Shown here piece after piece: positions 10,178 to 23,314 of a DNA stretch of 49,752 nt. Origin of the DNA: Geosiphon pyriformis uo1. Lineage: Eukaryota; Fungi; Glomeromycota. The notes below the pieces were generated by a model, which ran no database searches, was not told the DNA's origin, and saw nothing but the letters and a program-made list of their open reading frames with translations. The DNA lies in NCBI GenBank assembly GCA_016748015.1, contig JAAOMT010000029.1, positions 14,181 through 63,932 on the forward strand. Reading direction: 5' to 3'. The position numbers were made by a program, and so were the translations under genes. Position 1 is the stretch's first letter, and the number at the start of each line of letters is the position of its first letter.

Positions 10178-12008
10178 ATGACGAGAAATCACCCTCTGCC
10201 ATCAATATTATTATCGATGATAATGGGTGTTTTTGCCGGAATTCATACTGGAGAACCTACACATAAACCTGGGACTACTGATTTTTATCTGAAACTTGCT
10301 CTCACAGTATTTTTGGTACTTTTAGGCGGGTTATTTGCTGGCATGTATTTTCCGAAAAACAAACGACGAAATTAACCTTTCGAAAATAATGCAGTAATTT
10401 TCATTTTTTTCCAGGTTTAACGCTTGGACTGGTAATTGCTAGTTCACAAAAAGATTACGGAATTTTGTGGAGCTTAAATTTCTTATGCGATTCTTGTTTA
10501 AACAGATGAGTTTAGATGAAACAAATCTCCATATTTTAGCCATTTCAGGAAACGATAAACAAAAGTATTTTTTAAATCTATTCACCATGTTTGGAAATTT
10601 CCTTTGCCAACTTTTTATCTGTTTTTTTAGAAAATACGTTGCTCAAATACAGCCTATTCGAAAAAATGGACATCTACTTCTCGTCACTTTGCTACTTTCC
10701 AATACGCTTATCAATGAAACTCTACCAATTATCATGGACGAAATTATAGGTGGCGGTCTGATTGCCATTCTGGTTTCCACCGCTTTAATTGTGATTTTTG
10801 GTGAGGTGCTGCCACAATCAATTTGCTCAAGACATGGATTGGCTGTTGGTGCTTTTTTTGCATGGTAAGTGATCTTATGCATGAGTCTCTTTGATCATTA
10901 GAAAAAAGATGTCAAATTTATTTCGAATGTAGGCCAGTAAGAATCTTTATTTGGTTGACTGTAAGTAAAAACAGGAGTCCCAAGTATAATTTTTTTTGTA
11001 TCTAAAGAGCTGAAAACAAAGTTTTACTTGTTTGGATTAAAAGTTTCCATTATCTTATCCAATTGCGAAACTTCTGGATAAATTACTTGGAAAAGAAAAA
11101 GGGATGATTTATCGACGAGCAGGTAGAATTCCCTTTTTTTCAAGACTTGATTTTTTCAGCTGATTAATCCACTATTAAATGTCTCTTTTACTTAGAATTG
11201 AGGGAACTGATAGAATACCATGGTACCTTGACGGCACATGGTGGAGATCTTATAACTGATACAGTAACAATCATGCGAGGAGCTCTTGATTTACAAGAAA
11301 AAACAGTGGAAATGGCAATGACACCTATCGAGAAGGCATTTATGATCTCCTGGGACACAAAATTAGACCGTCATGCGCTTCAAGAAATTGTCACAGCAGG
11401 CCATTCTCGCATACCTGTATATAATAAAACCCGGGACAAAATTGTTGGGGTTTTGTTGACAAAGGTAGCTATTTACAAGATCGTTGAGATTGATTTACTT
11501 TAATTTTCACATTATTTCTCCTTCGTAGTCATTGATTCTTTATAGTCCTGACGAAGAACTACCTCTCCGTTCATGTACCATAACTCATATCCCAACTGTC
11601 GAAGCGGGTATGCCCCTTTTAGACATGCTGAATTCATTTCAAGAGGGTAGCAGCCATATTGCTGTCGTAGTAAAAACCGAAAAATCTCAGCAAATACCTA
11701 TTGGCATTATTACACTTGAAGATGTCCTTGAGGAATTAATTCAAGAAGAGATTTATGACGAAACCGATAGACGAGTAAGACTATTGGAATCTGCAAGTCA
11801 CATTATTTCAGCAAATAAGATCCAACGAGCTTCGATCAATGATCCAACCCCTTCGGGTGAAGCAGTAGGAAAAACTAAGGGAATTTTCAAGAGTAGAGTT
11901 ATTAGATCAAACACTCTTCCTTTGTCTACTTCAAGTTCCCAACTAAAAGACCTGCATGATGACACGCCCGAACAAAAAGATGCTGTCTTGATTGTTTTAG
12001 ACGACTAA
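10178..12008 (+). CDS. MAM3: CNNM/Mam3-family metal homeostasis protein (DUF21/CNNM TM domain + CBS pair), multi-exon
   Basis: Motifs: GGLFAG|LTLGL|MSLDETNL, HLLLVTLLLSNTLINETLPI, IVIFGEVLPQSICSRHGL, AMTPIEKAFMI, GHSRIPVY, FQEGSSHIAVV, GIITLEDVLEELIQEEIYDETD. Confidence 0.93.
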
Positions 12009-12833
12009 GTCGCATAATTAATATTTATGACCATTTTTCAAATTTGGATCAATGTTTTTATCTTTTTCACGAGTTATTTTACAAAATGACTGAATTCTAG
12101 GTATTCAACCAAGAAAAAAACAAAATAGTAATCCGAAAGGTGAAGTGTTCATGCAATGACAAAATACAATTTTACAATTTTTGATTTATTTAATGAAGCC
12201 CTCTAAAGTTGTACCTTTACATATTTATTTTTTCATCTTGTTTTAAATTTCGATTGCTCAAATCTCAGTTTTTGGAACAAAGTATGGCAAAAATATAAGA
12301 CTCCAATTCTCAAAAGACGAATCCCCTTCTATAACCAAAAGACATTATTAAAAGTTAGTCAGCATTGGTGCATAGATAATTACCACCGTAAAAATTCGTC
12401 CCCAAATTTATAAGAAAAATATCACAAAATTAAAGACCCTTGATTCAATTTCTTTAAGATAATTATTTAATGTTGACGAAATATTCTAAAGCCATCAATA
12501 TTTTTAAATTGGAAAAAAACGAAGTGAATAAAAAACTTTTCAATCTAGTCACCTCTCCCAGATGTTGAAATAATTTAGCACGAAACCTAGTAGCCTCTAA
12601 TTTCTGTGAAATTAAGAATGACAAATGTTATTTGACATAAGTTGCCAGAATTGACAATTTATTAATAAAGATTGTTAAGGTATTAACACGATAGATAAAC
12701 TTGATGATAATAAAATTCCAGCAACTATTTTTTTGAACATTTTATTTGAAAGCTAATGGAGCTTTATTAAGTGTTTCAACATTTCGTTTGATACTTATAT
12801 CTTTGGTAAAAGTGAATTAACCTAAAACTATAA

Positions 12834-13491
12834 TTAGGGAAGTGTCTCTATTACGAAAAAGCCTGGGCTAGTAGCATCAAAGCCAGGAACTGAGTCAACC
12901 TAAAAGGATATTTAGAAAAAAATAGAGGTTTAATTTATCAATTAGAAAATTTGCGACAAATTGGTTTAATTCAAAATTTGCGTACCGTGATTACTCTACA
13001 GAATAGCGGGGTATTTCGAGGTAATTGCCCTGGGATAATGTTAAACGATGCTGTTCCAGAGCCAACGCTGATCTAAATAACATTTATTGATTAAATTTTT
13101 GTCTGAAGCAATAAAGTGAATCTTATTTATATTACTCACCCTCTCAGCTATAGTTGTTACAACTTGATTCGACGAGTCGACCAATTGAACGGTAGCCAAA
13201 GAATTGTAAGCTTATAATGAACCAATAAATTTTACAATTATATCAATCAAGAAAAAATGCTTCCAAAAGACAAATAATTAAAGAAGTATTCTAAAAAATA
13301 TGCTAACGGGGAAAGCCTTCTGGCTGTATAAACCAATTGCAAGATTGGGTAGATGTTTCAACAACAGTTGTCGGGTTTACTGGAGAGGAGAATATAATCG
13401 CTGCATTGCTACCGGCAATGAAAGTCGATGCAAAAATAGCGAGAAACGTGAAAAGCGGAGCAAGACGAATATTGAAAGAAAAACTTGTCAT
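12834..13491 (-). CDS. Small secreted protein (~135 aa, 4 exons) with Kre9/KNH-like (PF10342-like) beta-sandwich domain
   Basis: Hydrophobic signal MTSFSFNIRLAPLFTFLAIFASTFIAGSNA, then AIIFSSPVNPTTVVETSTQSCNWFIQPEGFP|PYNSLATVQLVDSSNQVVTTIAER|ISVGSGTASFNIIPGQLPRNTPLFCRVIT|VDSVPGFDATSPGFFVIETLP*. Three GT-AG introns keep the frame. The domain assignment is by motif pattern only. Confidence 0.8.
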
Positions 13492-15725
13492 TTTCTTGAA
13501 ACTAAGTCTACAATCGAATTTTAAAAAAGAAAAATAGAAAGCTTTCGTTATGAGACTAAGGTTTCTTTATTTTTTTGTTTTATTTAAAGGTTATAAAATT
13601 ATTTCACCGCAGATGGAGAATAAGTGAAGAAGGTGAGGGGACGCTCGAATTTATAGGTATTTTTTAGAATCATTGATGGATCAAATTTTTGAAAAATTGA
13701 TTTAGCCTGGTGGTGCCAACTTAAGTTTTACCAAAAGGAACTTGGCCTCACTTAAAATTTTTTTCAATAACTGAAGTAAATGATACTCCTTTTACGAAAA
13801 TTTTTTAAGGAAATTTCTCTTATCTGGTTGATCTCGATAAATGACGCGTGATAGGGAGGAATAAAGAAATTTACCAAACACTTTAGATTCGGCTATCAGG
13901 GTAACCACTTTCTATTAGTAAGCTCGCTTGCTTGCTTTTAAATAAAAATTTTAAGAGGTTTGAGCTCTAGCTGAAGTATTTATTTTCTTAATTTCATTCT
14001 TTAATATGTTTGACTGGAGGAAGGGTTTATATTGTAGTGATAAATATAGTATGGGATATATATCGAGTAGTTTCATCATATGAAATTGGAAAGATAAATA
14101 GTAAGAGGCTTCTTGTTTTAAAAATTTGTCTTGATAAGGAGATAATTTCAACAAGGTTGTTTTTTCAATCATAAATCCTCGATTATTGTATATGTGATAT
14201 TTTTTACAATTGGAAATAGAGTTTTTTCTCAAGTTTTCCTTAACTATTAGAAAAGGAAAAAGTTTAAACAGTATGATTGCTTCCAGTCAAACCATTTCCT
14301 TAAAAATAGTGTTTTTTAGTCAAGTTTTATTTAATTCTCTAATTATGCAAAATAACACCAAAACATGATTCCAGTGAGTCAAACTAATCACTCCTAATCT
14401 TTTAAAAATATATACACTAACCAAGATTCTACACTTGAAAAGCTAAAATTAGCATTTGAGAGATCCTTTGAATGAGTAATAATATCACCAGTGATTTATT
14501 TTCATAAAGAAATTAAAAGAATTAAACCCAACTTTAGCTCTTGCTCTTTCATTAATTGCTTTTGCCTATTACATGTATTAATACTCTAAGTTCCCAGCAA
14601 TTAAATTTCGGATATTTTTGAAAATACATGTGATTGCGAATCACGGCTAAAATGGATATATTCCTTAATAAAAGAATGTGTAGTTGATTCAGTGCTTGTT
14701 TTTGACGCCATTTTAAATATCAAAATTTTCATCCTAAAAACTAGCCCTTCACTTGGTTTTTGTCAACGCTTAAAATAAGACATCATATTATGATATATAA
14801 ATAAAATTATAAATAGCGTTATCTCACTATAATTAAAGTATCATTAGCCTAACAATCAAACTAAAAATTCTCGCATATTTTTTTAATCGCTGGTAAAGTT
14901 AATTTAATTTTAGCAATTTGATCACAAATCCAGATTTAGAATCTCTTGGCATCTTGGCAAGGGGCATAAAAAATATAACGAATTTATTAGGAGTAAATAC
15001 ATTGATATTAATAATAAAGAAAATTTATTTGAAATGAGTTTTTTAACTTTTTGGAATATCATAATAAAATGTAAGAGGCTATTTATAAAAAATGCTGCGA
15101 TTCTATTAAGAAATTTAGAAATCGGATATTATACAATATACATTAGAATTATATCGAAAAAAACTTTGAGATAAACCTCTTGCGCTTTCTATCAAAATAA
15201 TTTAATCCTCAAAATGTATTGAAATATGTTGTTACTCTTTTAAAAGCTAGAAATCGCAGATATTCTTAATTTTGTAACAAGTAGCATTCGCTAATAGTAC
15301 TCTATTTAACATCATATCATTAAGTATAAAATTGGAACTTATGGAATTTAATTAGCCAAGAGAAATTTGATAATCATTTAAGTGGCAAAGCAGTTTATAC
15401 CTTGAATTCAAAGGCTTAAAATTCGGCTTTGGTTATAAAAGTCAACGATTTCTTTTCTAAAATTTTTATTGATCATAAAAATTAAAAATAAAAAGCTCGA
15501 TTAATTCATATTCTTTTAGAAGAGATCACATGATGAAAGGTTGTATACGAACACTACATGAAATGCAACAAATAACTTGCAAACCAAGGTCCGATAAGGC
15601 TATTTTAATACTTACTTTACTTGCTCCTTCGTAGTGAAGACAAAATAAAATCTTTGAGAAATTTTAAAGCTTCATTATATGACAATCAGCTCTTGACGAA
15701 GCTCTTTTCATCAATTTGATAAACA

Positions 15726-18700
15726 ATGGACTCGGGGAATCAAGATAGTCGAACTCCAGATTCGAAGTCTAATCAGCCTAACCATAACCATCAACAACTA
15801 ATTACCCGAGAATCGTTCGCTTTAGATATTTCTTCGAATATCAATTTAACTGGTGAAGCGATTAATATCCCTATCCACGCGTCGAAAGTATTAAGTATAG
15901 TTCAACTTTAGAAAAAAGCTTTTTTGCCATTTATCTCTAAAGATAACGACCTAATTATTCATCATCTGAATAAATATGAACATTATAATTAGCGAACCAA
16001 AATCTGAATGAGGAAGGCAAAGTATTTCAGGCTGACGAGGTTTTAACAAAAAAGGAAACTTTTCAGATAGCGGCATATGAACAAGAATATTTTGAAGGTA
16101 AGTGGTCAAGCTCTAAAATTAGTTCAAGATCATTCACTACTGTACACGAGCCTTATTAATTTTTATTTGGCCAAAGATCTTTGCGGAAAAATATGTGCAA
16201 TAGCAATGAGTCCTAACGGACGTGAAATACTTATCATGATTGAAGGTAGTAATGAGTTAAAATTATAATTTTTGCAACTTAGTAAGATTTTTTTGAAGTA
16301 AAAACGTATGGGTCTAATTCTAGGCGAATATGTTGTGCGTCGATGGAGTGCGGATGCAAATGGAAATTTTATGGCTTGTGAATTGGATCCTCTTGCAAAA
16401 TTAAAGTTGAATCAATCTGAAGAACAAATTGAGGAGAGAGGATGGTCTTTGCTCGTTTCGAATGCGACTAAGCAAAATCACGTTAACTATGTTGTGTCTT
16501 CTTACAGTTTAACAAAAAATCAAAGTAGCTCTTTTCTAGATACCGCTTTCTTGCAAGAAGGACGCTTGCATCGCTTAAAGTCATCGCAGGATCAATTAAA
16601 GGGGCCGATTGAACTCGATTTTTCAACTTCCAAAACCTCAAGTAAAACCTACTCCGTTTATAATAAAGAAATCCACATGTTAAATGGTGGTGGGGTGCTA
16701 AAGTCTCTTAACAAAGATATGGAGATAATGATTATGGCTCCTGAAGGTTTTGCAATTCTCAATTCCGAAAGAATTCCAATTGGGCAGAAATGGTATTCTT
16801 ACACACGAGAAGCATTTTCAAATAAAAGAACCAATGTTCCGAGACATTTTCCGCGAGAAATGGACATCTTTCTAAAATCAAAGGATCAAAGGACCAAGTG
16901 GAAGCTCTTAGAAAACAGTGTGCATAACAATTGCCTTTTCTTTTTCACTATTGACAATAGTATTCAAATGTATGATTTAATTGGTGGAGAGCTTAAATGG
17001 AATCTCATGATCTCAGCTGAAGTAGCTAGTTCAATTCAGAACGTAAAAAATACGACTCTGGAAACCTTTGACCAAGATGTTGCAAGCCAGGTTCCGATTT
17101 TTACAATATCACGGAATTCAAAATATTTTGCCGCATCGCGAGGAGATGATTCAGTAACGGTCTATGCAATGAGTAGCAAACTTGAGATTATAACCCGAAA
17201 ATTCCAAACCGACGAAGGGAGCCTTTGCAAAATCGAACAGATTATATTCGATTCAAAAGATCAGAAACTTGTTGTTTTTGCTAGATCAGAGCCAATCGTG
17301 ACTAACGAAACTATGGCTTATGTTAAAATTATATTTTGGAACCTCTTTGATTTCGATACCTTGGATTATGATGAGGAGTTTATTACTGAGCCCCTTCAAA
17401 AAGCACCATGTGTGAATGGATGCTACTCTCCATTCTTTAATACTGGAAAAGACATTGTGTATGTAGAATCTAATGGAAAAACTATCATACCCTTTGAGGA
17501 AAAATTCAAATTAGGTAAAGAATTGAGCCCACACAAAAATCAAAATCATATTGAAGAAATAGAAATCCTAAAGTTTTATAAAAAGGCTAAATATCTATTC
17601 TATGAACCTTGGGATGCTCACTACGAAACAAAAATGATGACTTTTGTCAAATGGGTTCAGGACTCCAGCACCAATTTGCTTGTGATTGGTAAAAGCCTTA
17701 TTCAAATTTGGGAACTGGATCCAACCCAACAAGTTCCAATTCAATTAAAACATCTCTGTAAGACCCCACATGGGTTTTATTTTAAGAATGTCTCAAGCGT
17801 ATCTTTGAAACAAAAGAAGCATGAGTCTTCGATACAATTATCTGTGGAAGTATTAACGGACACCCTCCAATATATACCAAAGGATTTGGAAATTCAAAAA
17901 GAGGCAAAAAAATTTCGAAAAGATTCTAGAAGACACAAAGGAAAGAGTACTCCTTCCGAATTAATAGAATTCCAATTCAGCCACAGTGTGAGAATGATAA
18001 CAAACCTACTTGAAGTACTTAGTTTTTTCGCTAATATCGGATACATTGAGACTTCTATTCAAAATAAACTACCAAAAAAGAGACAAAGATCCAAGGTTCA
18101 AAATCTTGAGGATATTTTAACCCCAAATTGCAAAAACAATTTCGAAAATCTTGTTACCCAAACAAAAGGCCTTCTTGTTAAACTTGCAACACAAGAATTT
18201 CCAGACTATTGGAGGATTATTGATCTGGAAAAAAATGCACTAAAAGAACTGGTTGATGCTGGTTACTATTCTGTTTTTGATATGCTGATTAACGCCGAAG
18301 ATTCTGACAAAAAAAATTTACGGTTACATATTCCGTCACTTCGCCACGAAAACCATTTATTGTGGGCAATGGACCATCATAGTTCTATTGTGAAATCTCT
18401 TATTACATACTATACAAAAAATAGCTTGCTTGATAAAAATTGGTTACTGATTTTAGGACAAGCTCTGTCTGCAATACATAAATACGATAAAGGTAACTTT
18501 CAGTTTGAAGAGAGAAATGGTTGTCGAATCCCTATGTAACCAAATTAATATCTTTCGAAATCAACTTTTTAGAAATATTTAACCAAATTTTTAGAGAGAA
18601 AGCAAACTTTGATATCCCAATTTCCGCTGAGAAGGTGATTGAAATTGGCCGGCCTATCGGTTGTGAGGAATTTCCGATAGCTCTGGGTGGAGATGTGAAT

Positions 18701-20548
18701 ATTTTTGACAAAAGAGGAATTTATCCTTACAATTGGAATTTATTGCCAGACGCAGAGGTTGAAAAAATATATAAATCAGATTTAAAATTCCTGATGTTCC
18801 CCTTTCCAGAGTTGATGATCCATTGTGATGTAAAACACCGTCTGCAAGACGTAATCTACGGCTTCCTTAGAGGGCTTATTTTCCTTGAGAATCCAAAGCG
18901 ACAACGTAGCTCCTTCATGCAACTTTTAGTGGAGGATAGATCCGGTTCTATTTTCATGAATCCAATGGCTCAGGCCATTATTGACTTCAAATGGGAAAAA
19001 AATGGATCACTATTCACCATTTCACACATTTTTCTTTACCTTATCAATGCAGCCCTTTTCGTTTTTTTGGCCTATTTACATTTGAGTTTGATCGTGTACA
19101 ATACAAAGGTACCAGCATACTCTTCGACATTAGTTATCCTGATGATTATAGTAGCCTACAGCTTGTTGGCAGCTAAAGCAAAGCAAGTTTTGAAATTATT
19201 GTGGACGTTAAAGGAGATCAATTTCATTGTCGTCCTTTATATTTTCGACATGATCGGCACTATCCTCCCGTTGATTGGCTTCATCATCATGCTTTATGTC
19301 CGAATGAAATATTTCAGTAAAAATGGTTTATACCCTGAGGGAGGCTACTGCGATAATGAACGAGAGTCTTGCCAAAATCAATTAATTTTTTTTGCATTCG
19401 CTGTTCTTGCAGCTTTTGTTGCCTGGGTAAGTAATTCATAAGGAAGCTTTTTAACACTAGACAGAATTCCATCCATTTTGACACCATATTTTCATTTGTG
19501 TAGATCCTTCAAATGCGTTTTGCCCCATGTAATTAAAATTAACTTCAATTAAAAATTTTGATCTTGATAATTTTTTAATTGATATTTTTTTTCAGTGGTT
19601 GGAAAATACATCTACATCATGGTAAAGATCTTCGTTGGGGTATTCGGCTTTTTTGCTTTACAAAGCTTGGTGATTATAGGAATTGCCCTGACAATGTGAG
19701 TTTTATCTCTAATTTTTAGAATTTTATTTCTGTCCATCAAAAAAAAATTTATATTAAACCTTCTCTTTAAATTCAGGTTTATCCTTTTGCATTTTGCTCC
19801 AGGACTTGGAATTGTGCCAGGTGGCGGCCTTTTTACTGGCTCTCTAAACATCAAAAATGGAACTAGTGATTTGACAAATTTATCTTTCAACAATGAAACG
19901 TTATCGCCAAATCTCAATCTAACCCAAAGTCTCGATCCTTCAAGTCCTGTTGACAACTATTTTTATGCTTACAGCAAATCTATACAAGCTGTCTATTTCT
20001 GGATAAGTGGAAGATGGGATCAACTATCCAATTGGGATTTTTGGCCTGTTGATGTTATTACTGTATTGGCTAGTATTTTTCTAGTGACTTTAATGCAGAA
20101 TCTATTGATTGCATTAATGGGGTAAGGATCCTTCCCTTTGAGAACCGCCTTCTTTACTTTTAAGCTCAATTTGAATTTCATTGCAAAATTTTTTCGCAAT
20201 AGATTGAAGATTGCATCAGCTGAAGTTACTCATCGTGCAACAATCGAAATGAGGGCCCAAATTTTAATGAGTTTTTACGAAATTCGTCATGAGCCGAGGC
20301 GCATTTATTATGCAATGCCAGAAAAAATTTGGGATGAATGGTGGGTTTCATTTCAAAGGCCCTTTAGTGACCAGCTTCCAGAGGACTCTCAAATTCCAAA
20401 TGTGGCTCAAGAGTTAGTTCTGCTAAGAGAGATTGTTACCGGATTGGAATTAAAAATGCAACAGATGGAAGAAAACTCTGCTAAAGATTTGCGTCAACTT
20501 CTGGAATTGGCAAAGGAGCATTGGGGAATAAGAAATCAATCGGAATAA
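15726..20548 (+). CDS. Large TRP-like cation channel with N-terminal WD40/beta-propeller-like region (Glomeromycotina-type family), multi-exon
   Basis: Exons join in frame through GT-AG introns (e.g. donors near 15888, 16098, 16246, 18492, 19427). Motifs: AIAMSPNG, FTISRNSKYFAAS, YEPW, IFMNPMAQAIIDFKW, ~6 hydrophobic TM segments, ILQMRF..VGKYIYIM, pore helix/filter IQAVYFWISGRWDQ, S6 LVTLMQNLLIALMG, C-terminal coiled-coil-like segment. Confidence 0.85.
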
Positions 20549-21066
20549 TAGAGTAATTTTTTTTCTCAGAGCTATTAGTTTTTGATATTTTTAATGATGT
20601 ATTCTTCAAATATTGTATTTTAAAAAAAACCCTTATCACATAAAAATCTTCAAATTGCAACATTTTCCAAGTTTTAAAATATGTCGGTCATCACATAACA
20701 TATAGTATTTAATTTAGATCTGTGGTAATTTTAATGTGCCACTTATATGAATCAATCAAAAGTTTGTCATTTCTAAGCTATGATCATCTGGAGTTCATAA
20801 TTCTATTTTGAAGCTATAACCACCACCAAACTATAAAAACAAGATTTACTCGATTGTGAATTTTTAAATTTGAACCAATAAACAAATTTTGGTGATAGCT
20901 AGAGTTACTTCGAATTTGGAACCTGTAAAATAGACCTACCCTTTTCAAGATAAAAATTCAAACTTGCCACACTATTTAAATTATTGCACGAAGCTAATTA
21001 CGACACTAATGTATCACATTGGGTCACAACATATCGATTAAATTATTTGATTGGTCCTTTTTGTAT

Positions 21067-23314
21067 TCAAACATCCTTCACTTTGTCTCTCCAATCACGT
21101 CCTTTGTACAGCACCAAAATCAACATACCCGTTCCTAAGGCTAAAATAATAGAAGGTAAAACAAATACCCAAGTGGTACCAATTGCCTTTTCCAATGGTT
21201 GTGCAAGTATAGACATTAAAGCTGCACTGAGGTAACGAAAAAAACCGTTGACCGCCATAGCAGAAGCACTTTGCGATGGAAATGCGTCAACTAAATATGT
21301 ACTCAATGAGCTATTGCATATCATCACGCCAACTGCGGCTATTATAGTTGCGATTTATAAAGATTTCGAGATTAATTTAGGACAAGTTAGCGAAACAATA
21401 TAGATTGCAACAAACCTATAAAAATGGGAATTACAGTCCAAGCCAACGCTACACCATTTGCTACCATTAATCCATAGGAAGCCATTCCAATTGGAACTAA
21501 AGCAGTTCCCAGCCAACCGCTCTGGATTCTCAATTCCGGGTAATCACTACCATCTTTTTCTCGCGCTTTGTACAAAACATAATCCGAATATCTTCCTCCG
21601 ACATATGACCCGACCATATATCCAAGGCCTGGCGAAAGCATTACTAAACCAATGTCAGAAGAGGAAAGATGATATTGATATGAGATTGTGGTGGAGATCA
21701 GAGCATTTTGGATATATATTAAGCCAAAAACTGTGGTAATGTAGCCTACAGGTAAGGCGACGAAAGGGTAACGTATAAGGAATAATGGAGCGATTGGGTT
21801 AAATTTTCGGGGGGTTTTTTTTTGAGATCTCGAAGAGGATATTGGTAACTCAAAAGTTCGTTGACGAAACGTTTCAGGAAGAAAGAAGAAAATAAATAAT
21901 ATAACCAAAAAGCCTATTATTGCTAGAAACCAGAAGATTGATCTGAAAGATAAAATCGAAGAATTTAGAGGCAAAAGATTTGAGTAACTTTGAAGGCAAT
22001 CTCAAATAACAAAAAATAGCCACCTCCAACCGAGAAATTTGGTCAAATATCCTCTATGCAATAGAAAACAGTAAAAATTTTAGTTTGTATTATTTTAATA
22101 TTGAAAACTTGCATAACTTTTTTAATATTACGTACCCAATAATGGGTCCTATTAAAGGGCCTAATATGAGAATATAAATTAGAAAAACCAAAATAACGCT
22201 GCAGCATGTATGAACTCATTGTAAGAATTCAAATATTTTCTTACCAATCAGAGGACCAAGATAAAATAAACCAAAGGCAGTACCACGCTCTTAAAACATT
22301 CAAGTATTAGAATTACAATTCCAAAAATTTTCTCGGAATTCGATGGGATACCTGAATATTCGTATATATCAGCGATTGTACCAGCCCCAATGCTGAAAAC
22401 TCCTGACGAACCGATAGATTGAAGTGCTCGCATCACCAGAACCAGGTAGATGTTTTTGGAAAATCCCCCGATAATTGATGAAACAATAAATAGTGTGAAC
22501 GAAATAAGGTATACATTTCGACGCGTTTCTCGTATTTCAGAGTATTCAGCCCATCCTAAAGGCTATTAAATGAACGGGATAAAAAAGATTTTTCAGAAAT
22601 GAGGTTTAACTTGGACATTAATCGTGACGAGTATTTACCCCAATGGCCCAGAATAAGATGAATATTGCAACTATAATATTGGAAAACTTTCAGATTAGAC
22701 AAGGAAGCACGTCGACAAAAATGGATCTACAAATCCAAATTACTTATTGAATTTCCCAGAATTTCATTAGTGTGTAAATCCTTGCGCATAGAATTGATTG
22801 CTGGAAAATATATTCTGGAAAAGAAATTGCGATTCTCTCAGCAATACAATGAAATGCATGAATTTTGATATTTTTAAAATAAAAAAACATACGTGGTAGC
22901 AATCGGAGCAGTCAAACCCGCAATTCCGATCGCGAACATTATATAATTTTTACGTTTTCTTGACCATTTCCTTGGATCATCTAAAATGAGATCTTCACCA
23001 ATCAGATTATTAGGATCAGAGATAAACTCCAAATCTTTTTCTCCGACGATCGACGCTCCTGAATAGGCAATGTCTGTTTTTCTACAGCCCTGATCAGAAG
23101 GAATTGGATTCGTTTCTTCTGGTGAATCGTATTTTGGAAGCGGATAAAGTTTTGAATGCTCTTGATAGTTTATAGTCATCTCAGGTTCTTTTTCCTCGGA
23201 CGGCAGTTTAACCTCAATCGAGTCTGTGGGGGAAAGGTTTATTGTTGATATAGTCGAATTTTGATCCAATACTGAACCTTCAATGGTATCATGATCAGTT
23301 ATAATTTCTTTCAT
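21067..23314 (-). CDS. MFS drug:H+ antiporter (DHA1; Qdr/Dtr1-like), multi-exon with microexons
   Basis: Motifs: [110 protein letters not shown]. First ATG at 23314. Confidence 0.92.

Noticed and set aside
14590-15270. Short inverted motifs (GTAAGAGG/CCTCTTGC; CTGCGATTCTA/TAGAAATCGCAG) suggesting a MITE
   Set aside because: The pairs are interleaved rather than nested, and no termini or target-site duplication could be defined.
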